Origin: Candidatus Nanoarchaeia archaeon
Lineage (GTDB): Archaea; Nanobdellota; Nanobdellia; Woesearchaeales; UBA525
Direction of reading: 5' to 3'
Length of the DNA stretch: 64,000 nt
Assembly (NCBI GenBank): GCA_028279755.1
Contig: JANQNB010000010.1
Coordinates: 92,963-156,962 of the forward strand
This document shows positions 9,122 through 18,068 of the stretch, in pieces (positions within the stretch are counted from its first letter, which is position 1; every line of letters begins with the position of its first letter). The translations under genes and the position numbers were made by a program. The notes below the pieces were generated by a model. That model was given only the letters and a program-made list of their open reading frames with translations, searched no databases and had not been told where the DNA came from.

Positions 9122-9858
9122 CAGTCGTTGTCGACTCGTGGCGCCAGGATGAACATGAGCTGCATCTTGTCCTTGACCGTGTAGTCGAGCTTGAGCGGGT
9201 AGTCCTTGCTGAACTGGAGCGAGGCCGTATCTGCGAGCTTGGCACCTTGGATCATCTTCTTGAGATACTCGATCGAGTACTTGCTCTTGGTCTCTTCCTT
9301 GGCCTCGATAGAGGTGCTCTCGTCCGGCAGGATCTCGACTTCCGCCTTGCTCAGGTCAGAAGAGCTGCTGATCCGGAAAGCCTTGCTGTCAGCCATGAAC
9401 GCGACGCTCTCGCCAATGATGTCCACGTCTTCGACCGCGTCGTTGATCACAGCCGCGTCGGTCGAGACTTTTGCTGCGAACTCCAGCGAGGGCACTTTCT
9501 GCTCCTTCTCCTCGACGTCGATGAGCGGCAGCAGGAATTCTCGCTTGCTCTTGCCTTTCAGCGTGACTTTCAGCTTCGCCTCGGGATTCTCGAGCGTGAT
9601 CGTATCGCTCGGCTTCACTCTGCGCAGGACCTGCTTGAGATCGTTGAGATTGATCGCCAAGGTGCGCTCGGTCTTTGCGTCGTATTCGACGAAGCAGCTG
9701 CTCAGGAGCTTGTACACGACCATCGCGACATTCGCCGGGTCCATGGCGATGAGCTCCATGCCGTTCTTGGTCACCTGGAACCGTACTTCTGTGACAAGGT
9801 CTGCGATGATGCTGACGCTCTCCTTGAGAAATTTCGTATCTGCAAGCGTGAGTTTCAT
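9121..9858 (-). CDS. pcn: DNA polymerase sliding clamp PCNA
   Basis: 245 aa. MKLTLADTKFLKESVSIIADLVTEVRF…MELIAMDPANVAMVVYKL…KVSTDAAVINDAVE… has the archaeal PCNA fold signature and length. Confidence 0.85.
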   Translation of the reverse strand: MKLTLADTKFLKESVSIIADLVTEVRFQVTKNGMELIAMDPANVAMVVYKLLSSCFVEYDAKTERTLAINLNDLKQVLRRVKPSDTITLENPEAKLKVTLKGKSKREFLLPLIDVEEKEQKVPSLEFAAKVSTDAAVINDAVEDVDIIGESVAFMADSKAFRISSSSDLSKAEVEILPDESTSIEAKEETKSKYSIEYLKKMIQGAKLADTASLQFSKDYPLKLDYTVKDKMQLMFILAPRVDND

Positions 9859-9946
9859 TATTTCCCCCTCAGTTACCCTTAGAAGAGCGGAGCGCGCGAC
9901 GCTATTTAAAGGTTTTTACAGAATATAAAGCCACAAACGCGTCATC

Positions 9947-10333
9947 TCACTGGAAGAGCTGATCTAGTTCGTCTACGAGGTCACCTTTCTCTATCATGGT
10001 TTTGGGATTCAGGTTGTATTCCTGCGCGACTGCATTGTCGTTCTCAGAGATGTGATTGGACATGAGGATGATCCGCTCTTTGCCAACACCCTGCTCTATC
10101 AGGAATTTCCGCATCTCAGGACCGGCGCGGTAGCTTGGTCCATCTACCCGATCCAAATAGCCGCACATGTCAAGCAAATACAGATCGTACACGTCGCCCA
10201 TTTGCATGAAGAGGTCCTTGCCGGCGGCGACATCCGAGACGCCCGCGACGCTGGTATCAGTCCACCTCATCAACTCGCCAATAATGAAGATCCAATCAGG
10301 ATCATCATCTAGGACAAAAACGTCGATACTCAT
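9947..10333 (-). CDS. Stand-alone CheY-like response-regulator receiver domain protein
   Basis: Started at the internal Met MSIDVFVLDDDPD…, whose ATG overlaps the stop of 10330..11736 (ATGA). Receiver hallmarks present: DD pair (LDDD), phospho-acceptor Asp in 'LYLLDMCGY', S/T in 'ILMSNH', Lys in 'NLNPKT'. No output domain. Confidence 0.6.
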   Translation of the reverse strand: MSIDVFVLDDDPDWIFIIGELMRWTDTSVAGVSDVAAGKDLFMQMGDVYDLYLLDMCGYLDRVDGPSYRAGPEMRKFLIEQGVGKERIILMSNHISENDNAVAQEYNLNPKTMIEKGDLVDELDQLFQ

Positions 10334-11736
10334 ACGATCGCCACCGTACCGTTTTCCGCATCCACGCGGATCCTGTCGCCGTCCTTGATCAGCGTTGTCG
10401 CGTGTCTCGTGCCGATCACACACGGTTTCTTCAGCTCGCGCGCGACGATTGCTGCGTGGCAGGTGATCCCGCCTTCGTCAGTCACGAATGCTGCAGCGCG
10501 TTCCATGGCTGGCAGGTAATCAGGCGTGGTCATTGCGGTCACGAGAATCTCGCCTTTCTGCAAGCGCGCGTTCTCTTTCGGCTCCTGTATCAAGCGGGCG
10601 ACACCTTCAACTGTGCCTGGGAACGCGGTCTGGCCCTTGATCGCCTTGCCTTGCTGGACTTCTTCTCGCAAGGGCTTTGCCGGTGCGTAGATTTGGCGCT
10701 TTTGGATCGTGTTTGTGCCGCCAAAGCTCTGCTTGCGAGCTTCCTTCTTCTGCTCAAGAAGCGCGAGGTCTTGTTTATGGATCGTACAAAGCTCGTCGAA
10801 TGTCAGCCAGTGTATCTCCTGTGCTGGCCAGCCGATCTTCTTGCCGATGAGTTCCAACAATGGCAGGAGCTTGTACGCTGCGAGGTTGATGTTGTCCTTG
10901 ATGAACGTCGGGAAGAAGATCCATTCGCGATATTCCTTGATCAGCTGCTGCTCGTCCTCAGATAATGAGAGTTTTGCGATTGCTGCATTGATTTTTTCTT
11001 CAGTTTTTCTTGACCCTTCTTTGAATTCCTGCAGTTCTTTTTTCGGGTTTTGTATTCCTTTAGCTCTTTTTTTCAGTTCAGCCTGTGTCAACGGCGATCC
11101 CCTGAACCAGTGATAGTTGAGCCAATCAAAATCCCTGATGAACTGTGCATATCCTTCCTCGCTTGGCGCTATTGCGAGTCGCAGCAAGGCTTCTTTCTGC
11201 GCTGTCACGACGGTTTTCTTCAATGGCTCTTGGAACAAGCGCATTGTCGCGTCGAATTCTTCAAGGCGCTCTTGTTCTGCGAGACGTGTGGCGACGATCG
11301 CGCGCACTTGTTCGCCGAGCACTGCGCTCATCTGGACAGAGCCGCGATAGCTGATATAGCCGGTCATCCAGAGGAAGGCTTCGATTTCTTGCTTGAACAA
11401 TGCTGCGAGCTCCTTGAGCGTCTTGTCCTTATGCTGTGCTGGATCGAATGCATACCCCTCAATTGCTTTCACGCGCGCGTAGACTTTCGCAGCCATCTTT
11501 TTTGCATATGTTGTATCTTTCAGCATCAGACGCAGCTCGTCTTCGATCATCCTGATCTCTTCTGCGTCAAAGTAGATGTCGCCGTTCTCATACCTCGTTG
11601 CAGTCAGCCCTTGCGGGATCTCGAACTCCAGAGCACTACGACGCACGCTCTCGTTGTAGATCGACACTGAGAGCACGCTGTTTGTCTTGTTCATGGTCCA
11701 GTGCCATTGGAGCTCGTTTCCTAACGCATTCATCAT
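10330..11736 (-). CDS. PEP-utilizer 'swivel' phospho-His domain protein, paralog 1
   Basis: C-terminus …GEILVTAMTTPDYLPAMERAAAFVTDEGGITCHAAIVARELKKPCVIGTRHATTLIKDGDRIRVDAENGTVAIV. The ~330-aa N-terminus is helical with a W/Y-rich block (…NYHWFRGSPLT…) shared with the paralogs. Confidence 0.75.
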   Translation of the reverse strand: MMNALGNELQWHWTMNKTNSVLSVSIYNESVRRSALEFEIPQGLTATRYENGDIYFDAEEIRMIEDELRLMLKDTTYAKKMAAKVYARVKAIEGYAFDPAQHKDKTLKELAALFKQEIEAFLWMTGYISYRGSVQMSAVLGEQVRAIVATRLAEQERLEEFDATMRLFQEPLKKTVVTAQKEALLRLAIAPSEEGYAQFIRDFDWLNYHWFRGSPLTQAELKKRAKGIQNPKKELQEFKEGSRKTEEKINAAIAKLSLSEDEQQLIKEYREWIFFPTFIKDNINLAAYKLLPLLELIGKKIGWPAQEIHWLTFDELCTIHKQDLALLEQKKEARKQSFGGTNTIQKRQIYAPAKPLREEVQQGKAIKGQTAFPGTVEGVARLIQEPKENARLQKGEILVTAMTTPDYLPAMERAAAFVTDEGGITCHAAIVARELKKPCVIGTRHATTLIKDGDRIRVDAENGTVAIV

Positions 11737-11791
11737 GAAGAAGGAGTGGCATCCGAAACATTTATGTATTCGCTCTCCATTTTTAGAGAGT

Positions 11792-12535
11792 ATGGAGCCT
11801 TCTTTCCTCGAGGAACTCGGCCTGACGCCTGGCGAAGCAAGGATCTACCTCGCATTGCTCGAGCTTGGCGAGAGCAAGGTCGGCAAGGTGATCGAGAAGA
11901 CCGGCATGGCGAGCAGCGCTGTGCACAACGCGCTGAACACAATCGCGGAGAAAGGCCTTGTCACCCATATCCTGCGCGGCAAGATCAAGAATTACCGTGC
12001 AGTCCCGCCGAAACAGCTCCTCGACTATATCGACGACAAGCGGCGGCGCGTCAAGCAGCAGCTGCCTGCATTGCAGAGCCTGCACGCTGCCGCTGATCAG
12101 AAGACTGAAGCTGAGGTATATGAAGGCACGAAAGGCCTCATCACCATGCTCCACGACCTGATCAGCGAGATGACCAAGAAGGACACCTATCGCTTCTTCG
12201 CGCTCGAGCAGGCTGGTCGCAATGAAGAGATCCAGCGCTTCTTCCGGCGCTATGATGTGCTCCGCGCAGAGCGGTGCAAGGCAGTGAAGGGCATCGCGCC
12301 GAGAAAGATCAAGCGCGTTTTCGAAAAGCGGCCACACCTCACAATGCGCTATACAGAGGAAGCCTTGCCGAACAACATGATCATCTGCCGCGACAAGATG
12401 GCCTTCATCAACTGGGATGACAAGCCCAGCGGCGTGCTGATCAGGTCAGCGCAGCTCGCTGCGAAGTACACGCGCTTCTTCGACGCGATGTGGACTAGGC
12501 GATCTTCACGCGCTCGCCGTTCTTCACGATCCTGA
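11792..12535 (+). CDS. TrmB-family transcriptional regulator, divergently transcribed from the PEP-utilizer gene at 11736
   Basis: Started at MEPSFLEELGLTPGEARIYLALLELGESKVGKVIEKTGMASSAVHNALNTIAEKGLV…, the TrmB N-terminal wHTH. The upstream part of the track ORF (from 11687) is a likely over-extension. The 55-bp divergent intergenic region has AT-rich TATA-like sequence. Confidence 0.7.
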   Translation: MEPSFLEELGLTPGEARIYLALLELGESKVGKVIEKTGMASSAVHNALNTIAEKGLVTHILRGKIKNYRAVPPKQLLDYIDDKRRRVKQQLPALQSLHAAADQKTEAEVYEGTKGLITMLHDLISEMTKKDTYRFFALEQAGRNEEIQRFFRRYDVLRAERCKAVKGIAPRKIKRVFEKRPHLTMRYTEEALPNNMIICRDKMAFINWDDKPSGVLIRSAQLAAKYTRFFDAMWTRRSSRARRSSRS

Positions 12536-13922
12536 TCTGGTTGGGCTTGTAGCCGACCTCTTTCGCGAGTTCCTTGAACGCCACGAGTTGTTTCATCTCG
12601 CCGTGCGTCGGGATGATGTTCTTCGGCTTGAGCATGTTCAGGAAGTCGCGGCCGTCCTCGCGCGCGCCGTGCCCGCTGACGTGGATATTGTCGAAGATGC
12701 GCACGTGACGCGATTGCAGCTTCGCGTCCAATCGCTTCCTGTTCTCCAGGCTCACCGGCACCGGAATCGTCTTTGAGGAGAACACGACCATGTCGTTGTC
12801 AGTCAAGCGCAGCAGGTTCTCGTTCACGATGCGTGACAAGACCGCTTTCGGCTCGCCCTGGTGCCCGGTCGCGACGAAGAGGAATTTGCCCGGATCGGTG
12901 ATCTTCTTCAGGTAGCTCTTCACCTTGCTGCCGTAGCGCACCTTCTCCACATCTGAGAAGTCTGCGAGGTCGACTGCTTCGGCTGCGTCGGTGTACTTCG
13001 AGAGCGAGCGTCCCAAGAACACTGTCTGTCGTTTCATCATCTTCGCCACGTTCACGATCGCGCGCAAGCGTGCGATATGGCTCGAAAATGTCGAGACGAT
13101 GATCGTCGCGTCACGCGATTGCGTCCCCAGAAGCACGTCTTTCAGCATCTCCTCAGCGATCTTTTCAGAAGGCGTCTTGATTGGCTGGTCTGCGTACAAG
13201 GTGTCGAGGATCAAATAGTCCACTTGCCCTTCGAGCTCGCGCAGGCGTGCATAGTTCGGCTTTGGTCCTAAGGTGGGATTGTTGTCGAACTTGAAGTCGT
13301 TCGCGTACAGCACCTTACCATAGGGTGTGTGCACCAAGGCCATCACGGTGTGCGGTGCGCTGTGCGTGATGTAGATGAACTCGATCTCGAATTTCGTTCC
13401 GACGCGGAAGCGGTCGTTCACGTCGTGCTCGACCAGCGTGCCCCGTGGCATGCGCTTCTCGTCGTCGTACATGCGGTCGACGAGCTCGATCGTGAATGGC
13501 GCTGCGTGGATGTCGCAGTCGAACTTGTTCGCGATGTATGGCACTGAGCCGATGTGGTCCAGGTGCGCGTGCGTGAGCACGATGCCGACCACATTCTTCT
13601 TCAGCTTTCCCAGGATGTCGACGTTCGGCGCCGCCCCGATCTCGATCAGTTTCCTTCCTGAGATCTCAACGAACTCGTCAGTGTCGGTGTATTCGATGTA
13701 CTTGTCCATCATGAGCCCGAGATCGAGCACCACGACTTCGTCGTCTGCGCGGATCGCGACGCTGTTGCGGCCGATCTCTGAGAAGCCTCCTAATGGGATG
13801 ATCTCCATCTTGGCCTTGCTGTTCTCGATCGCTTTTGTTGTCAGTTCTTTGATCCGTTTCTTGAACGGACGTCTTTTAGTCTTCTTTCTATGTGGTTTCT
13901 GTCTATTTCTTTGTCTATTCAT
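12495..13922 (-). CDS. rnj: Ribonuclease J (archaeal beta-CASP metallo-beta-lactamase RNase) with an unusual ~38-aa Lys/Arg-rich N-terminal extension
   Basis: …MEIIPLGGFSEIGRNSVAIRADDEVVVLDLG…VLTHAHLDHIGSVPY…YITHSAPH…ATGHQGEP…HVSGHGARED… carries MBL motifs 1-4 and the beta-CASP A/B/C motifs. N-terminal MNRQRNRQKPHRKKTKRRPFKKRIKELTTKAIENSKAK precedes the canonical MEIIPLGG start. Confidence 0.8.
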   Translation of the reverse strand: MNRQRNRQKPHRKKTKRRPFKKRIKELTTKAIENSKAKMEIIPLGGFSEIGRNSVAIRADDEVVVLDLGLMMDKYIEYTDTDEFVEISGRKLIEIGAAPNVDILGKLKKNVVGIVLTHAHLDHIGSVPYIANKFDCDIHAAPFTIELVDRMYDDEKRMPRGTLVEHDVNDRFRVGTKFEIEFIYITHSAPHTVMALVHTPYGKVLYANDFKFDNNPTLGPKPNYARLRELEGQVDYLILDTLYADQPIKTPSEKIAEEMLKDVLLGTQSRDATIIVSTFSSHIARLRAIVNVAKMMKRQTVFLGRSLSKYTDAAEAVDLADFSDVEKVRYGSKVKSYLKKITDPGKFLFVATGHQGEPKAVLSRIVNENLLRLTDNDMVVFSSKTIPVPVSLENRKRLDAKLQSRHVRIFDNIHVSGHGAREDGRDFLNMLKPKNIIPTHGEMKQLVAFKELAKEVGYKPNQIRIVKNGERVKIA

Positions 13923-14100
13923 TTTCTAACTCCGAGAGAATCCGAATGGTTTAGGTGCTTCAAAAGCCGCCCAGGCCTCCCGGGCTTTACCCCTATGGGT
14001 TCTCTCTCACAGCGATGCTGTGTATTGCGCTGGAAAAACTGCCAGTCCTTTATAAACCTATGCTTTTTATCGCTTGGAACCTATGTTTTGAAGAATAATT

Positions 14101-14110
14101 TTCTATATAG
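14101..14110. promoter_or_regulatory. Perfect palindrome TCTATATAGA embedded in an extended AT-rich near-palindrome (GAATAATTTTCTATATAGAAATTTATTTC); candidate TATA/operator element between PEP-utilizer paralog 2 and rnj
   Basis: Seen directly. The same 10-mer, in a ~25-bp similar context, recurs at 45955..45964. Confidence 0.35.
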
Positions 14111-14114
14111 AAAT

Positions 14115-15359
14115 TTATTTCAGCTTACGCACAATGCCCTTCTCAGCGTCGACTTCGATCATCTCGCCGTCTTTGAAGGCCCGTGTCGCTAGCTCTGTAC
14201 CGATAATGCAAGGCTTCTGCATCTCCCGTGCAACGATCGCAGCGTGACAGAGAATGCCTCCCTCGTCAGTCACGAACGCAGCAGCGCGATGCATAGCCCC
14301 GATCAGCTCCGGTGTGGTATTGCCTGTGACGAGGATTTCGCCTTCTCGCAACGCGTTCGCATCAGCCTGCGATAACACGATCCTGGCCTTTCCCTGCACC
14401 TTGCCGGCAAAAGCAGGCTCTCCACGCACTTCATCAACAGCCACTGGATCATATTCGGTAAGCTGTTCGTCAGCGATCAACTGCTCCACAGCATCCTTGC
14501 CTTCACAGGTGGAATAGGTATCATCACGCAAGAGGATTCCGTAGTGCTCGCTACGAATCTTATTCTGCGGAAGCCCGCCGCCATCAAGCCACGCGAAGAA
14601 TTCGTCCTCGAAGCAATTCATCACTGCTTCCTCATCCAGGTTCATCGCTTCCAAGGTCTTGCGCATCGCCCAGCTCGCGCGCACCACAGCGGCCTTTCCC
14701 TGATCAAGCACGTACAATGATTTCTGTGCGCACTGCACAAGCCACGAATCCTCTTTGCCATCTTCTTCATGCACGTGTTTCTTGACACTTTGCAGAGCTG
14801 CCGTGTACTCTTCGATACCCCATTCCTGTGCCATATATTCGGAGTGCAACCAGCCAAAACGGGAAGCCAAGGATGCGACATCATCTTTGTCCGCATCAAT
14901 GATTGCCTGGTGTTCCTGTTGCACCATGGTTGACTTGAACGGACGAGCCAAACGAAGATTAATATCGCTTGGACACCCAGGTTCTTGTTTGACCAAAGCA
15001 ACAAAATCCTTACCAATCCAATGGCCCATTGCCATGACTGCCATGACCCGACCAAATGTTTCGTAACAGACACGAATATGTTCTTTGTCCTTTCCTGGTT
15101 TGAGCTTGAGCACTTCTTCGATGAATTTCATGTGGTGATCGAAAAACGCGTCAACATCTTCTTGAGAAGAGGTTGTGATATTTGACACAGTATTTCTCTC
15201 AGGATAGAACATAATGCTCGCGCTCTGGTTCTTCACCACAAGCCCGTGCTTGATTTGCCAGAAGACAGGGTCATGCTTGTTTCCCTTGCGGGATTCGATA
15301 AGAAACTTATGCCATTGCAGCGGATAGATATTCCGTTGCACCACCTTAATCCATTTCAC
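14115..15359 (-). CDS. PEP-utilizer 'swivel' phospho-His domain protein, paralog 2
   Basis: C-terminus …GEILVTGNTTPELIGAMHRAAAFVTDEGGILCHAAIVAREMQKPCIIGTELATRAFKDGEMIEVDAEKGIVRKLK. The 5' end overlaps the stop of paralog 3 by 4 nt. Confidence 0.75.
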   Translation of the reverse strand: MKWIKVVQRNIYPLQWHKFLIESRKGNKHDPVFWQIKHGLVVKNQSASIMFYPERNTVSNITTSSQEDVDAFFDHHMKFIEEVLKLKPGKDKEHIRVCYETFGRVMAVMAMGHWIGKDFVALVKQEPGCPSDINLRLARPFKSTMVQQEHQAIIDADKDDVASLASRFGWLHSEYMAQEWGIEEYTAALQSVKKHVHEEDGKEDSWLVQCAQKSLYVLDQGKAAVVRASWAMRKTLEAMNLDEEAVMNCFEDEFFAWLDGGGLPQNKIRSEHYGILLRDDTYSTCEGKDAVEQLIADEQLTEYDPVAVDEVRGEPAFAGKVQGKARIVLSQADANALREGEILVTGNTTPELIGAMHRAAAFVTDEGGILCHAAIVAREMQKPCIIGTELATRAFKDGEMIEVDAEKGIVRKLK

Positions 15360-16654
15360 AGCTTCTTCACCACTCCCTTACTTGCATCGAGTAGGAGTGT
15401 ATCGCCATTCTTGAAGATTCCGGTCGCATCTTTCGTGCCGATCACGCACGGTTTGCGCATCTCGCGGGAAACAATCGCTGCGTGGCAGGTGATTCCGCCT
15501 TCGTCTGTGACGAACGCAGCTGCCTTGTGCATCGCCGGCATCATGTCAGGGGTTGTCATGCTTGTCACGAGGATCTCGCCGTCCTGGACCTGTGCCAAGT
15601 CCTTGTGCGAAAAGATGAGCCGTGCTGTACCGCGGATCGTGCCAGGGTAGGTGCCCCGTCCCTCAACCTTGTTGCCCGTGGCGCTGCTCTTGAACAAGAC
15701 TTTAATCTCCTTGTTCTCTTTCCCGGTGAGGATGGTCATCTGGTGCTCTTCGCCGATGAACGCGAATTCCTCCTGGCGTTCCTTGAGGTCTTTCGGCGGG
15801 GTTTCGAGCTCGTCCACCATGCAATGCAAGAGCTCGTCATAGGTCAGGTCTTTCTCTTTCGCGATCACTTTGAGCTTGTCTGCGTACTCATAAGCGACGC
15901 GGTTCATCACGTCGGTGCGTTGCGTCCGGTAATAGATGAAGAACTGCATCAGGTCGACAAGGAAGGCCTTGTCGCCCATCACGCTTTTCGCTTTCGCGAT
16001 CGCAGCGGTGATCGCCGCTTTTTCCTTCTCCTGCGTTTCGAGATAGTTCGAGGCTTTGAGATCCTTCAGCAGGATCTCTGCATCGTTCTCAGTGAGTTCG
16101 ACGATGCGGCCGTAGCGTGAGTGGAGAAACGGAAATTGCTCCATGAATGCTTGCTTGTCCTTGAGAATGAGCTGGTTCGCGAGCTTGTGATAGTTATCAA
16201 GAAGCGGCGTTGACAGCAATGTCATGAGCTCTGCAATCGTTTCCTCATCGAAATGCGGGCTGAGCAGGCTTTTCACCTTATTCTCGATCTGGCTGTCGCA
16301 GATGAAATAGACGCCTAAGCAGGGGATATACTCCCGATATGCCTGGCAGAAGGTCTGCAGATCCTCCTTCACCGCTGCGAGCAACGCGGCTTCTTTCTTG
16401 AGCGTGACTTTTTTCAGCATCTGCCAGAACTCTTCGTTCTTGAACAGCCTGACCTTCAGCTTCTTGGGAAATTCTTGCATGTAATAGCGCGTGTAGTACC
16501 AGACCCGGTCGATATTGATCAGATCGTTCACGACTTCATCGATGTCGAACGCTTGCCAGATTTCCCTGCTCTGATACGCTTGGAAGATGAGCGAGATATA
16601 GAACGGCGGATACGGGCGCCTGACCGTCTTCTGGAACTTCGCAGGATCAACCAA
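15356..16654 (-). CDS. PEP-utilizer 'swivel' phospho-His domain protein, paralog 3
   Basis: C-terminus …GEILVTSMTTPDMMPAMHKAAAFVTDEGGITCHAAIVSREMRKPCVIGTKDATGIFKNGDTLLLDASKGVVKKL. The 5' end overlaps paralog 4 by 8 nt. Confidence 0.75.
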   Translation of the reverse strand: MVDPAKFQKTVRRPYPPFYISLIFQAYQSREIWQAFDIDEVVNDLINIDRVWYYTRYYMQEFPKKLKVRLFKNEEFWQMLKKVTLKKEAALLAAVKEDLQTFCQAYREYIPCLGVYFICDSQIENKVKSLLSPHFDEETIAELMTLLSTPLLDNYHKLANQLILKDKQAFMEQFPFLHSRYGRIVELTENDAEILLKDLKASNYLETQEKEKAAITAAIAKAKSVMGDKAFLVDLMQFFIYYRTQRTDVMNRVAYEYADKLKVIAKEKDLTYDELLHCMVDELETPPKDLKERQEEFAFIGEEHQMTILTGKENKEIKVLFKSSATGNKVEGRGTYPGTIRGTARLIFSHKDLAQVQDGEILVTSMTTPDMMPAMHKAAAFVTDEGGITCHAAIVSREMRKPCVIGTKDATGIFKNGDTLLLDASKGVVKKL

Positions 16655-18068
16655 TGCGCCTCACCACACCTTTCTCTGCATCGACCTCGACAAGATCGCC
16701 GTCTTTGAAGACTTCTGTCGCGATCCTTGTCGCGATCACGCAGGGCTTCTTCAGTTCGCGCGCGACGATGGCTGCGTGGCACGTGATGCCGCCTTCGTCT
16801 GTGACGATGGCTGCCGCTCTTTTCATCGCTGGCACGTATTCCGGCAAGGTCATGCCGCAAATCAAGATGTCGCCATCTTCGACCTTCGCGAGCGCTTCTC
16901 TGGCGCCAGCGCAGACTTTTGCTGTTCCTCGAGCCGCGCCAGGGCTTGCACTCTCTCCTTTCACTTCTGTGATCGTATCATCGACTGAGGGCACGACCTC
17001 TTCTTTCTTGCGAAGCGCTTCTTCGCCACTCCATCGCTCGATAGCGCCTTTTGACGCGATCCCACCAACAGCCTTTTTGCGAATCTCGATTTCATTCGTG
17101 TCAGTCTTCCCGGTTCTCATGAGTTCCAAGAGTTCATCATGCCACAACCATTCAAGGTCATCATGTTCGAAGCCATGACGGCGCGCAGTTTCAGTCACGA
17201 ACAAATCAGTTGCGTGCACAGTCTTGCATTGCATCTCTTTGCGCATGTCGTGCCAGTAGGTATACTCTTCAAACAAGTCTATTTGGTATTGTGTTTCTTC
17301 AGAAAGCTTGTATTGCTCAAACAGTGTTCGCTTTTCTTTCTTGATCCGCTCGACGTATCCTTGAATCTCCTCAAGTTCTGTTGTGCCAGTCTTCTCAATT
17401 TCTTTGATCTGCGCAAGATAGCTTCCTTTGGTGTTCAGCGCAAGCGTTTCCCATCCGAGCACTGTCCACCAGTATTTCTCGACGATCTCATTGATCTTTT
17501 TGTAGTCTTTGCTCTGCGCGACTTCGAGCAGCATCTTTTTTTCCGCTTGCAGATAACTTTCATATGCTGGCGAGCTCAAGACACGCCAGAGTTTGACAAA
17601 CTCTTCCTCGCTCACGCCCAATTCTCGTTTGACGCGCGCTTTCAATCGCTCTGCTGGCAAGATGTCAACAGCGTCAACGTCACTGTTGAGGAATCCGTGC
17701 GGTGGCCAGACCGCTTCAAGGAATGCTTCATATGCACTGGCGAGTTCTTCATCACTGAGACTTGTCAAGTCCATTGCGCGGATCTTCTCAACAGCTGCAA
17801 CTGCCTGGTCAAAGGCTTGCTGCATCTTGGCAAAGTGTCGCTTTCGCTTCTCTGGCGTGCTCGTCTGCGCAAGAATGTGTTTTCCTGTCGCTTCGAGCTC
17901 GTCACGGTCCCAGGCAAACCACATCTTCGGCCCAAGGTTGCAATAGAACGTGCTTCCTGCTTCACCACCATTATACTCTGCGCCGTACTTGGCCGCGCCA
18001 AACAACACCATGCTCAGCTTGATCGGATGGATGGTTCCACGGGTGTACATCTCCCAGTTATGTTTCAT
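16647..18068 (-). CDS. PEP-utilizer 'swivel' phospho-His domain protein, paralog 4
   Basis: C-terminus …GDILICGMTLPEYVPAMKRAAAIVTDEGGITCHAAIVARELKKPCVIATRIATEVFKDGDLVEVDAEKGVVRRIG. The N-domain shares the 'LSDEELA..' and 'KYWWTVLGW' blocks with paralog 5. Confidence 0.75.
   Translation of the reverse strand: MKHNWEMYTRGTIHPIKLSMVLFGAAKYGAEYNGGEAGSTFYCNLGPKMWFAWDRDELEATGKHILAQTSTPEKRKRHFAKMQQAFDQAVAAVEKIRAMDLTSLSDEELASAYEAFLEAVWPPHGFLNSDVDAVDILPAERLKARVKRELGVSEEEFVKLWRVLSSPAYESYLQAEKKMLLEVAQSKDYKKINEIVEKYWWTVLGWETLALNTKGSYLAQIKEIEKTGTTELEEIQGYVERIKKEKRTLFEQYKLSEETQYQIDLFEEYTYWHDMRKEMQCKTVHATDLFVTETARRHGFEHDDLEWLWHDELLELMRTGKTDTNEIEIRKKAVGGIASKGAIERWSGEEALRKKEEVVPSVDDTITEVKGESASPGAARGTAKVCAGAREALAKVEDGDILICGMTLPEYVPAMKRAAAIVTDEGGITCHAAIVARELKKPCVIATRIATEVFKDGDLVEVDAEKGVVRRIG

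Noticed and set aside
9206-9928. 240-aa plus ORF (and 9247..9882)
   Set aside because: Antisense to PCNA; Ser/Leu-rich low complexity.
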